From a virus, in the IMG/VR virus record IMGVR_UViG_3300031555_005249: DNA of 64,000 bases, one strand, 5' to 3'. Within the stretch, counting starts at the first letter, position 1, and every line of letters begins with the position of its first letter. Below are positions 20,552 to 31,023 of the stretch, piece after piece. Under the pieces are notes generated by a model that saw nothing but the letters and a program-made list of their open reading frames with translations, did not search any database and had not been told where the DNA came from. The translations under genes and the position numbers were made by a program.

Positions 20552-22290
20552 CAGAAATTATACCTACTTTCACCTGTAATTGCATATTCTTCGATAAATA
20601 TCTGCGGACTTACCCAGCCATTATATTCATTCTTATTTGGCTTTCCAATGATATCCATTTCCACATAGCCTTGAGTGTTTTGAAGCTTCTCACACAAGTC
20701 ATCGGGTGCGTTGAATAACATTATCGACAAGCGGTTGGGAAGAGTTATTTTAAGGGTCTTGTTTTTCTTTATATACACAGTTACCATATCTGCGGTCACT
20801 TTTAAGCCATCAATAGCAACGAATGATTCTTCCACATCCTTGCCCCAGATACCATCAAGCTCAGCTATTTCAAGGATTTGATTAGGATCTACATTTGTAT
20901 TGCGGTAGATGTAGTCTACATAATGGACTGGTTCAGATGCCATATTACGAAGCGCGCGGTCAGTCGATTCAAGAAAGAAAGGCACGTCCTCTGGAAGAAT
21001 GCCTAAGCCAAACGCGCCTTGGTGTCCAGCCACATATTGGATAAGACCAGTTCCTTCGCAGATATCTTTGAAATTAGATACTTCTGCTTTATCGCAGCCT
21101 CGCGCTGAACCTTCGTAACAGAAATACTTGCGCGCATTAAGAGTGGGGGTTGCATCCATTTCTTTTTCGCGTTTTGTAAGTACGGCGCAAGGACGCTGAT
21201 ACTTACCCATTATTTTATTTGCGGCAAGACCAGCTACATTTGGCTCAACCTCGCCAGGTTCAAGAAGGAATAAAAGGACTTGATGATCCATCAGATTTTC
21301 CATAGTAATACGCTCTTCAAGTAATTCCATTGCTGCATCTTGAGCTTTCGTTTGGCGCGTCTTTACATTCTTACAAGTACGCACTGCTTGCGTCACTAAT
21401 TGTTCAGTTTCACCCTGTTTATGCCCACGCTTTGTAGAGTATATATAATCAAAAGCCTTAAACTTTAAAAAGGATTTGAAAAGAAGCTCCTTTTCTTCTT
21501 CTTCACCACTACGCACCATAGCATTGACAAACGGCGCAATATACCAAGCAGCGCCATGTGGAGTAATCTTATCTCCAAGAGAATAGGCATTACTTTCAGC
21601 TATTGTTGCGATAAATGGATTGTGAATATTTTCTGCGCGGAAGCCCTTCATTATAAGATGCTTTGTTTCTATTGACTGAAGCGACATCATATCCGCGGTA
21701 TTCCCCAGCGCCACGAGGTCAAGATAATTCTGCGCATAATCAGTGTGCATAAGTGAATCAAGGTATCTGCAAAACTGCCACGTGATACCAACACCTGATA
21801 GTTGCTTATTTGGATAGGCGCAAAGCTGATTATTTATGACTATTGCATTTGGAGATACAATATCCGCTTCATGGTGGTCTAAGACAATAATATCTACACC
21901 TTTGTCGATAAAAGCTAGGTGATATTCATAGTCATTAGAGCTTGCGTCTGGGCACAAGATTAATGCGTAATTGGCGGCCGCCCATTCAACATCGACATCA
22001 CTAAGTCCGTGTTGTTTGCCGCTATGAATAAACCAGTCTAAGTTGTTCTGAACCCAAGCTGGGAAATGGTCATAAAGGTAATTGATTAGAAGCGCGGACG
22101 AGGTAAATCCGTCGCAGTCTGAGTCCACGATAACCAGCGCTCGGGCGCCTTGAGAAATCGTTTTTATTAAGGTTTGAGCTGCCTTGCGCAATCGATCGGC
22201 GCCCAATAAGTTAAAGTCATTAATATCCGCATCCGTTGTATTCAGCCAGTGATGGATATCATAGTAGGGAATACCTCTATTGGTTAGCAC
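20551..22290 (-). CDS. recJ: RecJ-like ssDNA exonuclease (DHH/DHHA1)
   Basis: DHH motifs DSDCDG and VLDHHE. Confidence 0.8.
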   Translation of the reverse strand: MLTNRGIPYYDIHHWLNTTDADINDFNLLGADRLRKAAQTLIKTISQGARALVIVDSDCDGFTSSALLINYLYDHFPAWVQNNLDWFIHSGKQHGLSDVDVEWAAANYALILCPDASSNDYEYHLAFIDKGVDIIVLDHHEADIVSPNAIVINNQLCAYPNKQLSGVGITWQFCRYLDSLMHTDYAQNYLDLVALGNTADMMSLQSIETKHLIMKGFRAENIHNPFIATIAESNAYSLGDKITPHGAAWYIAPFVNAMVRSGEEEEKELLFKSFLKFKAFDYIYSTKRGHKQGETEQLVTQAVRTCKNVKTRQTKAQDAAMELLEERITMENLMDHQVLLFLLEPGEVEPNVAGLAANKIMGKYQRPCAVLTKREKEMDATPTLNARKYFCYEGSARGCDKAEVSNFKDICEGTGLIQYVAGHQGAFGLGILPEDVPFFLESTDRALRNMASEPVHYVDYIYRNTNVDPNQILEIAELDGIWGKDVEESFVAIDGLKVTADMVTVYIKKNKTLKITLPNRLSIMLFNAPDDLCEKLQNTQGYVEMDIIGKPNKNEYNGWVSPQIFIEEYAITGESRYNF

Positions 22291-22353
22291 CTACTCTACT
22301 GCTGAATAGTGCGGATTTATATTTCCTAAAAGTTTATAGTTCAATTCACAATC

Positions 22354-23106
22354 TCATCCTTTCTTTAAATAATTTTCTACATCTTCAATAAACAACCAAT
22401 GATAACCATAGCCTTTAGTTTCACCTTTATTACGACAACTTCTACGAATGTGAGAACCATCTGTTTTTCCTAGTGCTCGAGCAGCGGTTTGACTTGATGA
22501 ATACTCTTGTTTGGTTTCTATGCAATATACTGGTTTACTATTGGTTTTAACTGAATTTATTCGCATTTTATCTAATTTAATTTTTTCTTCTTCTTTATGA
22601 CTATCCCAGTATACACGAGATGCCATTCTTCCTTTTAAGGTATTATTTTTTCGTTCTTCAAAAGAAGAATTTTCTATATATTTTACATTAATTTCCTTTA
22701 AAAATACTTTCTTTTCTTCTTTTTTATCTTCTGGTAAATTTTGCCAAGTATTTTTAGAAGCAATACCAATTTTCTTTTTAGTTTCTTCTGTGTGCAAATG
22801 TCCAAGCTGACCTCCTTTTGTTAAATTATATCCAAAATCAGGATTGTCACTTTTATAAAATTGGATATAAAATTTTTCCCAATAATCAGCTTCATTTTGA
22901 CTTAGCAAGTTTTGTTTTAAAATTATATGCTCAAAATTATCCCATCCATATTTTTCAATGGCAGAATAAAAAAGAGGGCTTTTAATATATTGCTTTCCAT
23001 TAGCTCTCCATCTCTACTTTATATTACAGCTTTGTCCTATATATCTTTTCTAATTTTGCTTATTAACATGAGCATAGATACACCATTTTTTAATATTTTC
23101 ATTCAT
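22354..23106 (-). CDS. GIY-YIG homing endonuclease with NUMOD3/NUMOD1, 2 in-frame TAG
   Basis: Rejoined N-terminus MNENIKKWCIYAHVNKQN-Q-KRYIGQSCNIK-Q-RWRANG...SAIEKYGWDNFE. C-terminus has HTEETKKKI and AARALG...GYHW. Confidence 0.75.
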
Positions 23107-24242
23107 AATAAAATCCTCCTTTTAAACAGTTCTATAAATACTTCTGCTCCTTCGTCAAGAGGAGAAGCTTTGTATGGCAATAAGTTTTCTTTATCAAAAA
23201 TAAAACTAATTTGCACTTTAGAATAGTATTTTTTATGAATTGCTTGAAGCTTCTTTACCCACTGATTAAACTCTGTATCATTTTTTTGTCGCCATTGGCG
23301 ATCAAAACCAATCACTATTTCTTTCGCGCCATGTTTAATTAATAAATCTACTTGATGTTGAATAAGATTACTTCCACACACTGCTACCGAAATATCGTTT
23401 TCTGTCCCAAAAAAGGATGCATATTTTAAGCAACTTTTTTCACCTTCTACAACAATTGCCTTTTGTATTTTTCGTATATTGTTTTTTGAAAAGTTCAAGT
23501 TATATAAAGCGAAACCTAATGGATGATTATATTGAACACCATTAAGAATCGCTGGTCGATACTTACCATATGCTTCCTCTTCTTTAATAAGTGTGCGCTC
23601 ACGGATACCTATTAGCGCTCCATTTTCATCATAATGAGGTATCACAATACCTTGGTTAACGGGGTCATAACAAATACCTCGAGAATCCATTATCTCTTGA
23701 GTAATGCCTTCATTAAGCCATGGAGTAATGCGCGGGCGTGGTAAGTGTTGAAGGATATTTTCATCAAATTTTTTGAACTCAATTATTTTTTTATCATTAT
23801 TGATGGAGCTATTTTGTTGATAATTCTTTAAAATATCCCAATCACGAAGTTTTTGTTGTGCATCTCCAAAATTCTCGTCTTCAGATGAAGCTATGCCGAA
23901 ATAGCGGGCAACATACCCAACGGCGTGTGATAGTGACCACTCTTCGCCGCGCTGGATCTTCATTGCGCGCCGTGTTAAGTCATATATGTCAAACGCGTCT
24001 CCCGCGCACTCAGTGTAGCAGCGATAGAGTCGAGTATTCCCGTAGTAGTATAACTTGTGTGATCCGGTGCAAGCTGGGTTATGGCAGATAGTGTGGGCAG
24101 TAAAAACTTCTCCTCCTCCGGGGTCAAGTTTAGGATTGCCGCCAAGCTCTGCGGTGTAATCGAAGACTTGTTGGAAGGTAAGTTGTTGTTTGATTTCGTT
24201 GGAGTCATACTTGCTCATTTTTCCTCCTCGTAACAAGTCCAA
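23103..24242 (-). CDS. dnaG: DNA primase (DnaG-type: Zn-binding domain plus TOPRIM)
   Basis: Zn finger CHNPACTGSHK...C..C and TOPRIM VVEGEKS. Confidence 0.8.
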   Translation of the reverse strand: MDLLRGGKMSKYDSNEIKQQLTFQQVFDYTAELGGNPKLDPGGGEVFTAHTICHNPACTGSHKLYYYGNTRLYRCYTECAGDAFDIYDLTRRAMKIQRGEEWSLSHAVGYVARYFGIASSEDENFGDAQQKLRDWDILKNYQQNSSINNDKKIIEFKKFDENILQHLPRPRITPWLNEGITQEIMDSRGICYDPVNQGIVIPHYDENGALIGIRERTLIKEEEAYGKYRPAILNGVQYNHPLGFALYNLNFSKNNIRKIQKAIVVEGEKSCLKYASFFGTENDISVAVCGSNLIQHQVDLLIKHGAKEIVIGFDRQWRQKNDTEFNQWVKKLQAIHKKYYSKVQISFIFDKENLLPYKASPLDEGAEVFIELFKRRILL

Positions 24243-24826
24243 ATTCCATATGATACATTTTTATATTTACAAGGCTGTCCATAAACTACTTTTTTACAAG
24301 TCTTACAAATGTCTGGTGTAGCTGCGAAAGCCCAGTCGCTTATGATAGCTTTATTCTTATTTGGTTTATTAAGTTCTGCAATTTTCATTTTAACTGTCAC
24401 AGCTTCGCCTAAATGCTTATCATCAATATCCATCATATCATCACAAATATTACATTTTGCTCGTTGACCTCTTGTATAGTTTGTTGAATGATAATAGTCA
24501 CAAGGCATTCCCTCAAAAAAGTCTTTAAGAGGTTCTGGATGATTGAATAAACATATTGGACCTACCATAATATCACTATCATCAAAGTGGATACAGTCTG
24601 GGTGACAGGTTTTTTGCTCTTTAAGAGTAAACCCCTTATATTCTCCAATAACCCCATTCTTCATATTTTCTTCTGAAGCGGTTTTAACATACCCCTCACA
24701 CTTCCCATCGGCGCCAATATTAATCACATAGTTATCACATACTCCATTATGATTAAATAGGCAATCAGGGTGCGCCTTACATTTTACTATTGTGTTCTTT
24801 TGATCCATTACAAGCCTCCCTTTCAT
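24215..24826 (-). CDS. Cys-rich hypothetical protein (duplicated C..HPDC.F.H.G.C modules)
   Basis: ORF track; composition only. Confidence 0.35.
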   Translation of the reverse strand: MKGRLVMDQKNTIVKCKAHPDCLFNHNGVCDNYVINIGADGKCEGYVKTASEENMKNGVIGEYKGFTLKEQKTCHPDCIHFDDSDIMVGPICLFNHPEPLKDFFEGMPCDYYHSTNYTRGQRAKCNICDDMMDIDDKHLGEAVTVKMKIAELNKPNKNKAIISDWAFAATPDICKTCKKVVYGQPCKYKNVSYGIWTCYEEEK

Positions 24827-25046
24827 TAAAACGCTTCAAATCTTCTATCATCTTTTCAAACTTGTCTCTTGGCATGAATATCTTACAAATACCTCGTTCA
24901 TCGTGAAGAATAAGTGAGGCTGTGCAATATTCATCTTTATTATATAAACATTGAGTTGCACTACATTGAGTAACTCGTTCTGGATTTTTTATGTTAAGAT
25001 CTTTCATATTTACCCACCCTGCTATAACATACTCCATTATTATCAA
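24777..25046 (-). CDS. Hypothetical protein
   Basis: ORF track. Confidence 0.3.
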   Translation of the reverse strand: MIIMEYVIAGWVNMKDLNIKNPERVTQCSATQCLYNKDEYCTASLILHDERGICKIFMPRDKFEKMIEDLKRFNEREACNGSKEHNSKM

Positions 25047-25326
25047 CTTTGGCTTCTTCTAAATCACAAAAACCGCCTTCCATCCAATGCATACAAAATT
25101 TATCAGCGCATCTATCCTGACAACCATTCTTCCACATTGTATAAGTTTCAGCATTTGTCCAAGAAATATTAATCCATCCAAGGTCTTCTCCCCAACTATA
25201 GCTTCTTTCTTTTAGCACATAACAAGTTTCAAACCAACGATATTCATTGCCTACTCGAATAGGCAATAGAGCAAAGCGTTTTACTATTTTATAGTCTTTA
25301 TTACGATATTTTTTAGTCCATCTCAT
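24994..25326 (-). CDS. Hypothetical protein
   Basis: ORF track. Confidence 0.35.
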   Translation of the reverse strand: MRWTKKYRNKDYKIVKRFALLPIRVGNEYRWFETCYVLKERSYSWGEDLGWINISWTNAETYTMWKNGCQDRCADKFCMHWMEGGFCDLEEAKVDNNGVCYSRVGKYERS

Positions 25327-25337
25327 TTTTCTACTCC

Positions 25338-26882
25338 TTAAAACGCTGATAAGTCAACGCTTTTCTTTACATTTATCTTAAAATCTTCTATATCAACTAA
25401 TTCATAACTATATTTAGTTACAAATATCGGATCTAATCTACAAATACCACGATCTGACTTAATCCAGACTAGAACATTCTTCCAACGACCTCGTCTATTC
25501 TTATAAATCGACATCTTAATATCTGGCATCTCACATCCAAGACGCTTAACCAAAGGCGCCAGCGCCTCTTTATCTTTATCCGTCGCCTCAAGTAAAATAG
25601 AACCAGCATCAATTTTATCTGCTATAGACTTTGCGCCACGAAGCAATCCTTGGTCATAAACCTCTGCCTCGTGATAATCATTACTCAACTGAGTCGCAGA
25701 CATAATAAATATTCCATACTGATTACACAAATCTTTAAGTCTTACGGAAATCATAAAGAGAATATTATCTTCTCTAAGGCGCACACCGCCGCTTCTTCGA
25801 GTAATCTCTTCGAGAATCTTCATACTCGTGTGTATATAGTCGTGGAATACGTACTTGATATCGTTCTCTCTAATGCCTTTCTTAATAACATTCTCAATGT
25901 CTTGTAATGAGAAATCTGGAAGTGCTTCAAAATAGATTTTTCCAGTCTTTAAGAGTTGCGCAGCATGGAGTGCGCGCTCCCATTCACCTTCAAGATATTC
26001 ACCTGTAACAATATGTTCCTCGTCAACACCAGATAAAAACGCTATCATCATGGTTTGAACTTCTGATAACTCTTGCTCTGTTGCTATATAAAGAGTGGCT
26101 TGTGGTTCACCTGTATTTATCCAAGTGCGTTCTTCAAGGCTATACATAGAACCACATCCAATATAACACGCATCTGCTACCATTGAACGCGTTTTACCAA
26201 CACCTGTTGCAGCTGAGCGCAAGTAAAATTTTTTCAAGCGCGCGCCGCGGAAAATAGTATTAATATATTTGCCATACAATGGGTATCCAAGCTCAGGCTT
26301 TTGTTTTAATTGCTCAAGAAGTAACTCCACACCTGCGCCCGCCTGAACAATATCGGCTTCGCAGTTGTCTACATAAACTGATTTAACTTCATCTATCTTT
26401 TTATCAATTAAATCTGCAATTTCTACAAGAGGTGTATTGTCTAACCAGTCCTCTTGTGCCTGTTTCTTCTTTGCATCAAAGATATTATCCATATCATAGA
26501 GCCACGATAAATCCATTCCACAGCGCTCGTTATACATGCGCAAGAGCGTCATCTTCTTAACTCTATCATAGTAATACTGAAAGGCGCTTAATTGTGTAGC
26601 CTCTTTAAGTTGCTCAAGATATTCTGCACCCTTATTTGATTTATATATCGCTTGGCGCTTAGGGCGCTGTGCAAGATAGTCTTCTATTGCATTGAGAGTT
26701 ATCTCCTTAGCGCCGAGCGCATGTAGATTATATATAGTTCCAAAAAGAGTCACGTGAAAGTCTTCACAAAAATCTTCTTCGTGGAAATGATAATTTTCAT
26801 TATCTAAAAGTGAGGGTTGGATATAGATAGCACCGATCACTTGCATTATTGCAGCGGTATCTACATATTTACTTTTGCTCAT
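25338..26882 (-). CDS. dnaB: Replicative DNA helicase (DnaB-like)
   Basis: DnaB-type N-terminal domain and RecA-like ATPase with Walker A SAATGVGKT. Confidence 0.75.
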   Translation of the reverse strand: MSKSKYVDTAAIMQVIGAIYIQPSLLDNENYHFHEEDFCEDFHVTLFGTIYNLHALGAKEITLNAIEDYLAQRPKRQAIYKSNKGAEYLEQLKEATQLSAFQYYYDRVKKMTLLRMYNERCGMDLSWLYDMDNIFDAKKKQAQEDWLDNTPLVEIADLIDKKIDEVKSVYVDNCEADIVQAGAGVELLLEQLKQKPELGYPLYGKYINTIFRGARLKKFYLRSAATGVGKTRSMVADACYIGCGSMYSLEERTWINTGEPQATLYIATEQELSEVQTMMIAFLSGVDEEHIVTGEYLEGEWERALHAAQLLKTGKIYFEALPDFSLQDIENVIKKGIRENDIKYVFHDYIHTSMKILEEITRRSGGVRLREDNILFMISVRLKDLCNQYGIFIMSATQLSNDYHEAEVYDQGLLRGAKSIADKIDAGSILLEATDKDKEALAPLVKRLGCEMPDIKMSIYKNRRGRWKNVLVWIKSDRGICRLDPIFVTKYSYELVDIEDFKINVKKSVDLSAF

Positions 26883-26889
26883 TGTTGCC

Positions 26890-27159
26890 TCACCTCATTT
26901 TAATATTTTGAATTTTATTACCAAGCTTATTGATCCATGCATGTGCTACTATTTTTGCATCTGACCCAATGAATACTATTTTACTTTTCATAAGATCAAG
27001 ATGATTTTTTAATCTACAAATTTTAATAACAACATCAAAATTAGCTTCAGCTTCAGCCGCCCAATTATAAAATGTTGTATCTGCTACTTCAAACCAGCCA
27101 AGATAATCAGAATCGTAGCGAGCTTTAGTGAATTTTAAAATTACTTTATGTTTTTTCAT
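26890..27159 (-). CDS. Hypothetical protein
   Basis: ORF track. Confidence 0.35.
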   Translation of the reverse strand: MKKHKVILKFTKARYDSDYLGWFEVADTTFYNWAAEAEANFDVVIKICRLKNHLDLMKSKIVFIGSDAKIVAHAWINKLGNKIQNIKMR

Positions 27160-27677
27160 TCCTCTTCCTCCAAATCATCTAAATTGAACAAACGCGGCGG
27201 TTTTACAATTCTCATAGGTGGTTCAATAGAGAACTCTCTAACCTTAACTTGAAAATGCTCTATGTCTTTATCTTCATTAGCGACCGCCGCCAGATATAGT
27301 GCATAGTAATAGGCGCACGCATCCTTGTAGACATAAGGTACAATGCCTATTGCACCGTTTGCTTTTTCCACATCGTTACCTTTTAATTCATACCACCACT
27401 TAAGCGTTTTTAATATTCCACTATAAGAATATTTATACACTTCTTTATATTCCTTAAGTTGTTTCCATACTCGCGGATTTAAATCCTCTCCTAAGAGGTA
27501 TTTTATATATTCGATTAATTCATTATAGTCTCGTTCTTCTTGAGACATTGATGCCATATGTGTTTCATAGCATTTTTGATGTGCGTAACGATTACCTTTT
27601 GGTTTGGCGCAAGGCTCAGAATTACGATCAAAAAGCTGGCCACAATACAGGCATTTAACCATTGCTTTGCTCGCCAT
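27156..27677 (-). CDS. Hypothetical protein with N-terminal Zn ribbon
   Basis: ORF track. Confidence 0.4.
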   Translation of the reverse strand: MASKAMVKCLYCGQLFDRNSEPCAKPKGNRYAHQKCYETHMASMSQEERDYNELIEYIKYLLGEDLNPRVWKQLKEYKEVYKYSYSGILKTLKWWYELKGNDVEKANGAIGIVPYVYKDACAYYYALYLAAVANEDKDIEHFQVKVREFSIEPPMRIVKPPRLFNLDDLEEEE

Positions 27678-27715
27678 TTATCTTTTTACCTCTTTTTATA
27701 CTTTTATATATATAT

Positions 27716-27744
27716 ATTATAACATAAATTAAATAAAAAGTCAA
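27716..27744 (-). promoter_or_regulatory. Consensus promoter TTGACT-17-TATAAT
   Basis: Member of the repeated promoter family. Confidence 0.5.
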
Positions 27745-27775
27745 TAGAGGATAATATCCTCTATTGACTTAATCA

Positions 27776-28264
27776 TTATTGAGCTGTATTTATCAAATCT
27801 TTAAGTTCCGTCACAATAAGGTCAAGCGCTTCTGTCTGTTCGCGAGAGCACTGAGAAACTTTTTGTCCTTTACCAAGATATTTCTCTATGCATTGACTAA
27901 TACGAGGTTGCCAATAAGTTTTGAATGTTTCTTCGTCGCTTTGAACCGAGAGGTCTTGAATCATTGAGTTAAACTGCATCATAAGTTCATCGAAATCAAG
28001 TTCTTTTGAAACGAATGTATGCAAGTTGGCGCCAGTATCTGTGAAGTATTGAGTTCCATCCTCAGCCGCCTGTCTATCAATAGCATCTCCTATTGCATTA
28101 ACAAGAGCATTATAGTTGAAGTCAATATAATCAGGCGTATACTTAAATCTACTTCCAGCTACGAAACGAGGAGTTCCGCGCATAAAGAGTTTTGTAGATT
28201 TCTCACCAGACTCAGACTCAACAGTTCTCGCATATCCTATTATGTCCTTTAATACCCTCTTTTT
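27776..28264 (-). CDS. Sak4-like (AAA_24) recombination ATPase, exon 2
   Basis: Begins exactly after the group I intron terminal G. Sequence KKRVLKDIIGYARTVESESGEKSTKLFMRGTPRFVAGSR is remembered to resemble the AAA_24 C-terminal region. The listed ORF start is a TTG artefact. Confidence 0.5.
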   Translation of the reverse strand, partial: KKRVLKDIIGYARTVESESGEKSTKLFMRGTPRFVAGSRFKYTPDYIDFNYNALVNAIGDAIDRQAAEDGTQYFTDTGANLHTFVSKELDFDELMMQFNSMIQDLSVQSDEETFKTYWQPRISQCIEKYLGKGQKVSQCSREQTEALDLIVTELKDLINTAQ

Positions 28265-29250
28265 CAAGATATTTTAATGGGAATAGACTATATCTTCATC
28301 CATTTTAAACGGTGGATGTCATGCACTTCGATTTAAAGGATTTTCACCTACTTTTATATTATTATAAAAGCCCTACTCCTGTTGAGGAAATTTCATCCTC
28401 CAGTGGGATAGTCGTTGAACCTTCTCCTATTCGGAGCTTGGCTGCTGATTGCCCAATTTAATCAATTTTTAACATTCGCACTTAGATTTCTTTCATTCTT
28501 ATGCTGTAGTTTGATTAACTCTAAGGGGTTTCCAGCAATTCACATGATTTGCTTAATGGATTGCTCCATTAAGGGCCTTATATATTTCATATTTTCGTCT
28601 CAACCGAGAGGCCTCGGTTGAATGTTCATAAATTTTATTTAAAATTTGTACAACTGCAGCGCCTTCTTTATGAATTTGATAAGCAGAGGTTCCACAAGGA
28701 CTTACTTTATTATCAAACTCTAAAATTTCTAGCATTTGTTTTGTGCAGATCTCAGTTTGACTGACAAAACTTAAACTAGGAATATTGTTTCTATCTTCTC
28801 TAATGTGAATACTACCATCTGCATCTAGCAATCCTCTTGCAAAATCATAAATATATTCATTAGGAATGTTTTCAAGGGGAATACTAAAAATAGAGGTTTT
28901 TGCAGGTACTATATTATATTGTGCTAAATAACGTTTTAACTCTGCCGAGTTTATAGATACAGTTAAAGCATGACATCCAGTGTTATTAGTACGCTCTGTA
29001 ATGGGCGCATTAGATTCAAAGAATGCTTGTAAATTTTCAAGCTGCTCTCTATCTATATCTTTTAACTCAACTCTTACTCTGGCTTCATTTTTAGCTACAT
29101 TTCCATCTCCAGCTAAAAATCCAAGCCAATAATATTTTTCATGAGGGTCTATTTTAATGTTTGTTAAATTTAAAGGATATTTTCTCAAAAAACTTTCAAC
29201 TCCTTCTTTAAGAGAGCGAAAATATGAAATAAAAATGTTAAGCCATACGG
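28265..29250 (-). mobile_element. Group I intron (minus strand) splitting the Sak4-like gene and carrying a LAGLIDADG homing endonuclease ORF; exact 5' splice site not resolved (about 29241-29335)
   Basis: Canonical core elements in order: P AAATTGGGCAA (28449-28459), Q AATCAGCAGC (28441-28450), R GTTCAACGACTATCC (28406-28420), S AAGATATAGTC (28287-28297). Intron ends with G at 28265. A possible P10 (CTCTT with exon-2 AAGAG) is present. Confidence 0.6.
28553..29188 (-). CDS. LAGLIDADG homing endonuclease (double-motif), encoded within the group I intron
   Basis: Motifs LGFLAGDGNV and LLDADGSI; TTG start preceded by AAGGAG. Confidence 0.8.
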   Translation of the reverse strand: MRKYPLNLTNIKIDPHEKYYWLGFLAGDGNVAKNEARVRVELKDIDREQLENLQAFFESNAPITERTNNTGCHALTVSINSAELKRYLAQYNIVPAKTSIFSIPLENIPNEYIYDFARGLLDADGSIHIREDRNNIPSLSFVSQTEICTKQMLEILEFDNKVSPCGTSAYQIHKEGAAVVQILNKIYEHSTEASRLRRKYEIYKALNGAIH

Positions 29251-29807
29251 TTTACAATATTACGAGGTTTATTATCAAGAGTAGGAACAATCTGATTATA
29301 CTCATTGCCATTTTGATCCTTAAAGGTTTTGTCTTGCGCGTGAGAAATAATTACTAAGCCGTATCCTAATTGAAGGATTGAACGAAGCGCGCTATCAAAC
29401 TCTTGCGCTGCCATTTTGAAGCCCTTTCCGTAACCAATGTCACCGATGCTATCGACGCCTATAGAGCCATCTGGACGAACTGCATTGGCGCAAATATATT
29501 TCTCACAATAGTCATAGGCTATATCAGCTGTATCAAGGATAATAGTTTCGAATCTAGCTTTAACCTGTTCATTCTTTAACTGGCGCAAGAATTTTTTAAA
29601 CTCAGACCAACTATTAATAGGTTGTGCCATGGCGCCGGGAATTGCATTATATCCTTTTTCAAAAGCCGCCAAAAGATGATTAGGGAATTTAGTCGCGGTA
29701 GTAGTTTTACCGGTCTTTGCGTCTCCATAGAAGAAGACGCAATAACCGCGCATATCTCTTGAAACCTAATGAGGCTAAATATCAAGTAAATTAAAATCTG
29801 CCATTTT
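29238..29807 (-). CDS. Sak4-like (AAA_24) recombination ATPase, exon 1 (the 3' part of this ORF probably continues into the intron); 2 in-frame TAG near the N-terminus
   Basis: MADFNLLDI-Q-PH-Q-VSRDMRGYCVFFYGDAKTGKTT... has the Walker A and ILDTAD motifs. ATG at 29807 is in frame with the listed ORF. Confidence 0.6.
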
Positions 29808-29823
29808 CACTTACCTCTTTTTA

Positions 29824-30789
29824 TCAGAAGTTAAAGCCACCAGCTTTTGCCTGAGGAGCGGCGGGCGCTGCTACAGGATTATTTCTCTGTGCCTTATACT
29901 CTTCACTTCTCTTCTTTTCCTCGGCAAGCTTAACCTGTCTATCCTGCATAGCCTTTGTAAGCTCTTCTCCAGTAAGAATACCCTCTTCACCAAAGTCATA
30001 AGGATTCTGCGAAGCTCTTACAACAAGCCATTCTTTAGTCTTGCGCTCAAAGGTTCTTACAGACTCGCCGCCAAATGCAGTCTCTTCCTTGACCTCGTTC
30101 TTAACAGTATTGCAGTTAATAATACCTTCAACCCAAGTGTAAACAGGCTCGCTACCAGACACGCCAAGTTCTTCAAAGTAATTCATACCGTTAGGATTCT
30201 TAACTGTAAAGGTAAGAGGAAGAAGTTCTTTACGGAAATTAAATACTGCACCGCGAAGAGCAACATGTTCATCAATGTTTTTCTCTTTATCTTCATCTAC
30301 ATGAGTTACATTTGTGATAACCATATCACAGCGGAAATAAGTTCTCTCTGCTTCGTTCTCAGGAAGAGTGTTTACGATTGTTGCAAAACCACCCTCGTGC
30401 ATTACCTGAGAGACAAGTTTATCTTCACCATTCTCATTGATATAGAAATCATTGAGCGCAAAAGAAGGCTCGAGTTTAACCATAGGTGCAGCATCCTTGC
30501 CGTCCTTTACCCAAGTCTTACCGCCATCGATAAGTGCCTTAAGAGCGGTAAAGGTATTGTTGGTGCCGCCATTCTTTGTGGTGGGGGTTACAAAAGTGTA
30601 GTGAACAGGAATTACATTAAGACCTGCTTCATCTACTGCAACCTGGATAGTTCCTGCAATAAACTCCTTACCGAAGTTCTCAGACTTTTCATTCTTTACA
30701 GTCTTTACTTCAAGCATATTTCTTCCATTTGCTTCTCCAAAACTGTAAACTCTTCCTTGAATTGTAATTGAATTCTTTGTGTACTTCAT
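29824..30789 (-). CDS. Hypothetical protein (321 aa); possibly an ssDNA-binding partner of Sak4
   Basis: ORF track; functional guess from position only. Confidence 0.3.
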   Translation of the reverse strand: MKYTKNSITIQGRVYSFGEANGRNMLEVKTVKNEKSENFGKEFIAGTIQVAVDEAGLNVIPVHYTFVTPTTKNGGTNNTFTALKALIDGGKTWVKDGKDAAPMVKLEPSFALNDFYINENGEDKLVSQVMHEGGFATIVNTLPENEAERTYFRCDMVITNVTHVDEDKEKNIDEHVALRGAVFNFRKELLPLTFTVKNPNGMNYFEELGVSGSEPVYTWVEGIINCNTVKNEVKEETAFGGESVRTFERKTKEWLVVRASQNPYDFGEEGILTGEELTKAMQDRQVKLAEEKKRSEEYKAQRNNPVAAPAAPQAKAGGFNF

Positions 30790-31023
30790 TTCTTTCTCCT
30801 TGTTTATTAATTATTTTACTTATTTAATATTTTTGTCCAATATCTTTATTATAACAAAAATTTTTTATTTAGTCAAGTAGAAGCTGCATTATATCATTAA
30901 CTACTTCATAAGTCATACGAGAGCTTCCATCTTCATTATAGCAAGTTATTCCTCTTGTTTTAAGATACTCCTCTAAAACAGGAAAAGGTATATAAGAAAT
31001 TGCTAAAATTATAAAATCTCTCA

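Noticed and set aside
28597-28616. Perfect 8-bp hairpin (caaccgag-aggc-ctcggttg) that looked like a terminator
   Set aside because: It lies inside the LAGLIDADG coding sequence with no following T-run. It may instead be an intron structural element.
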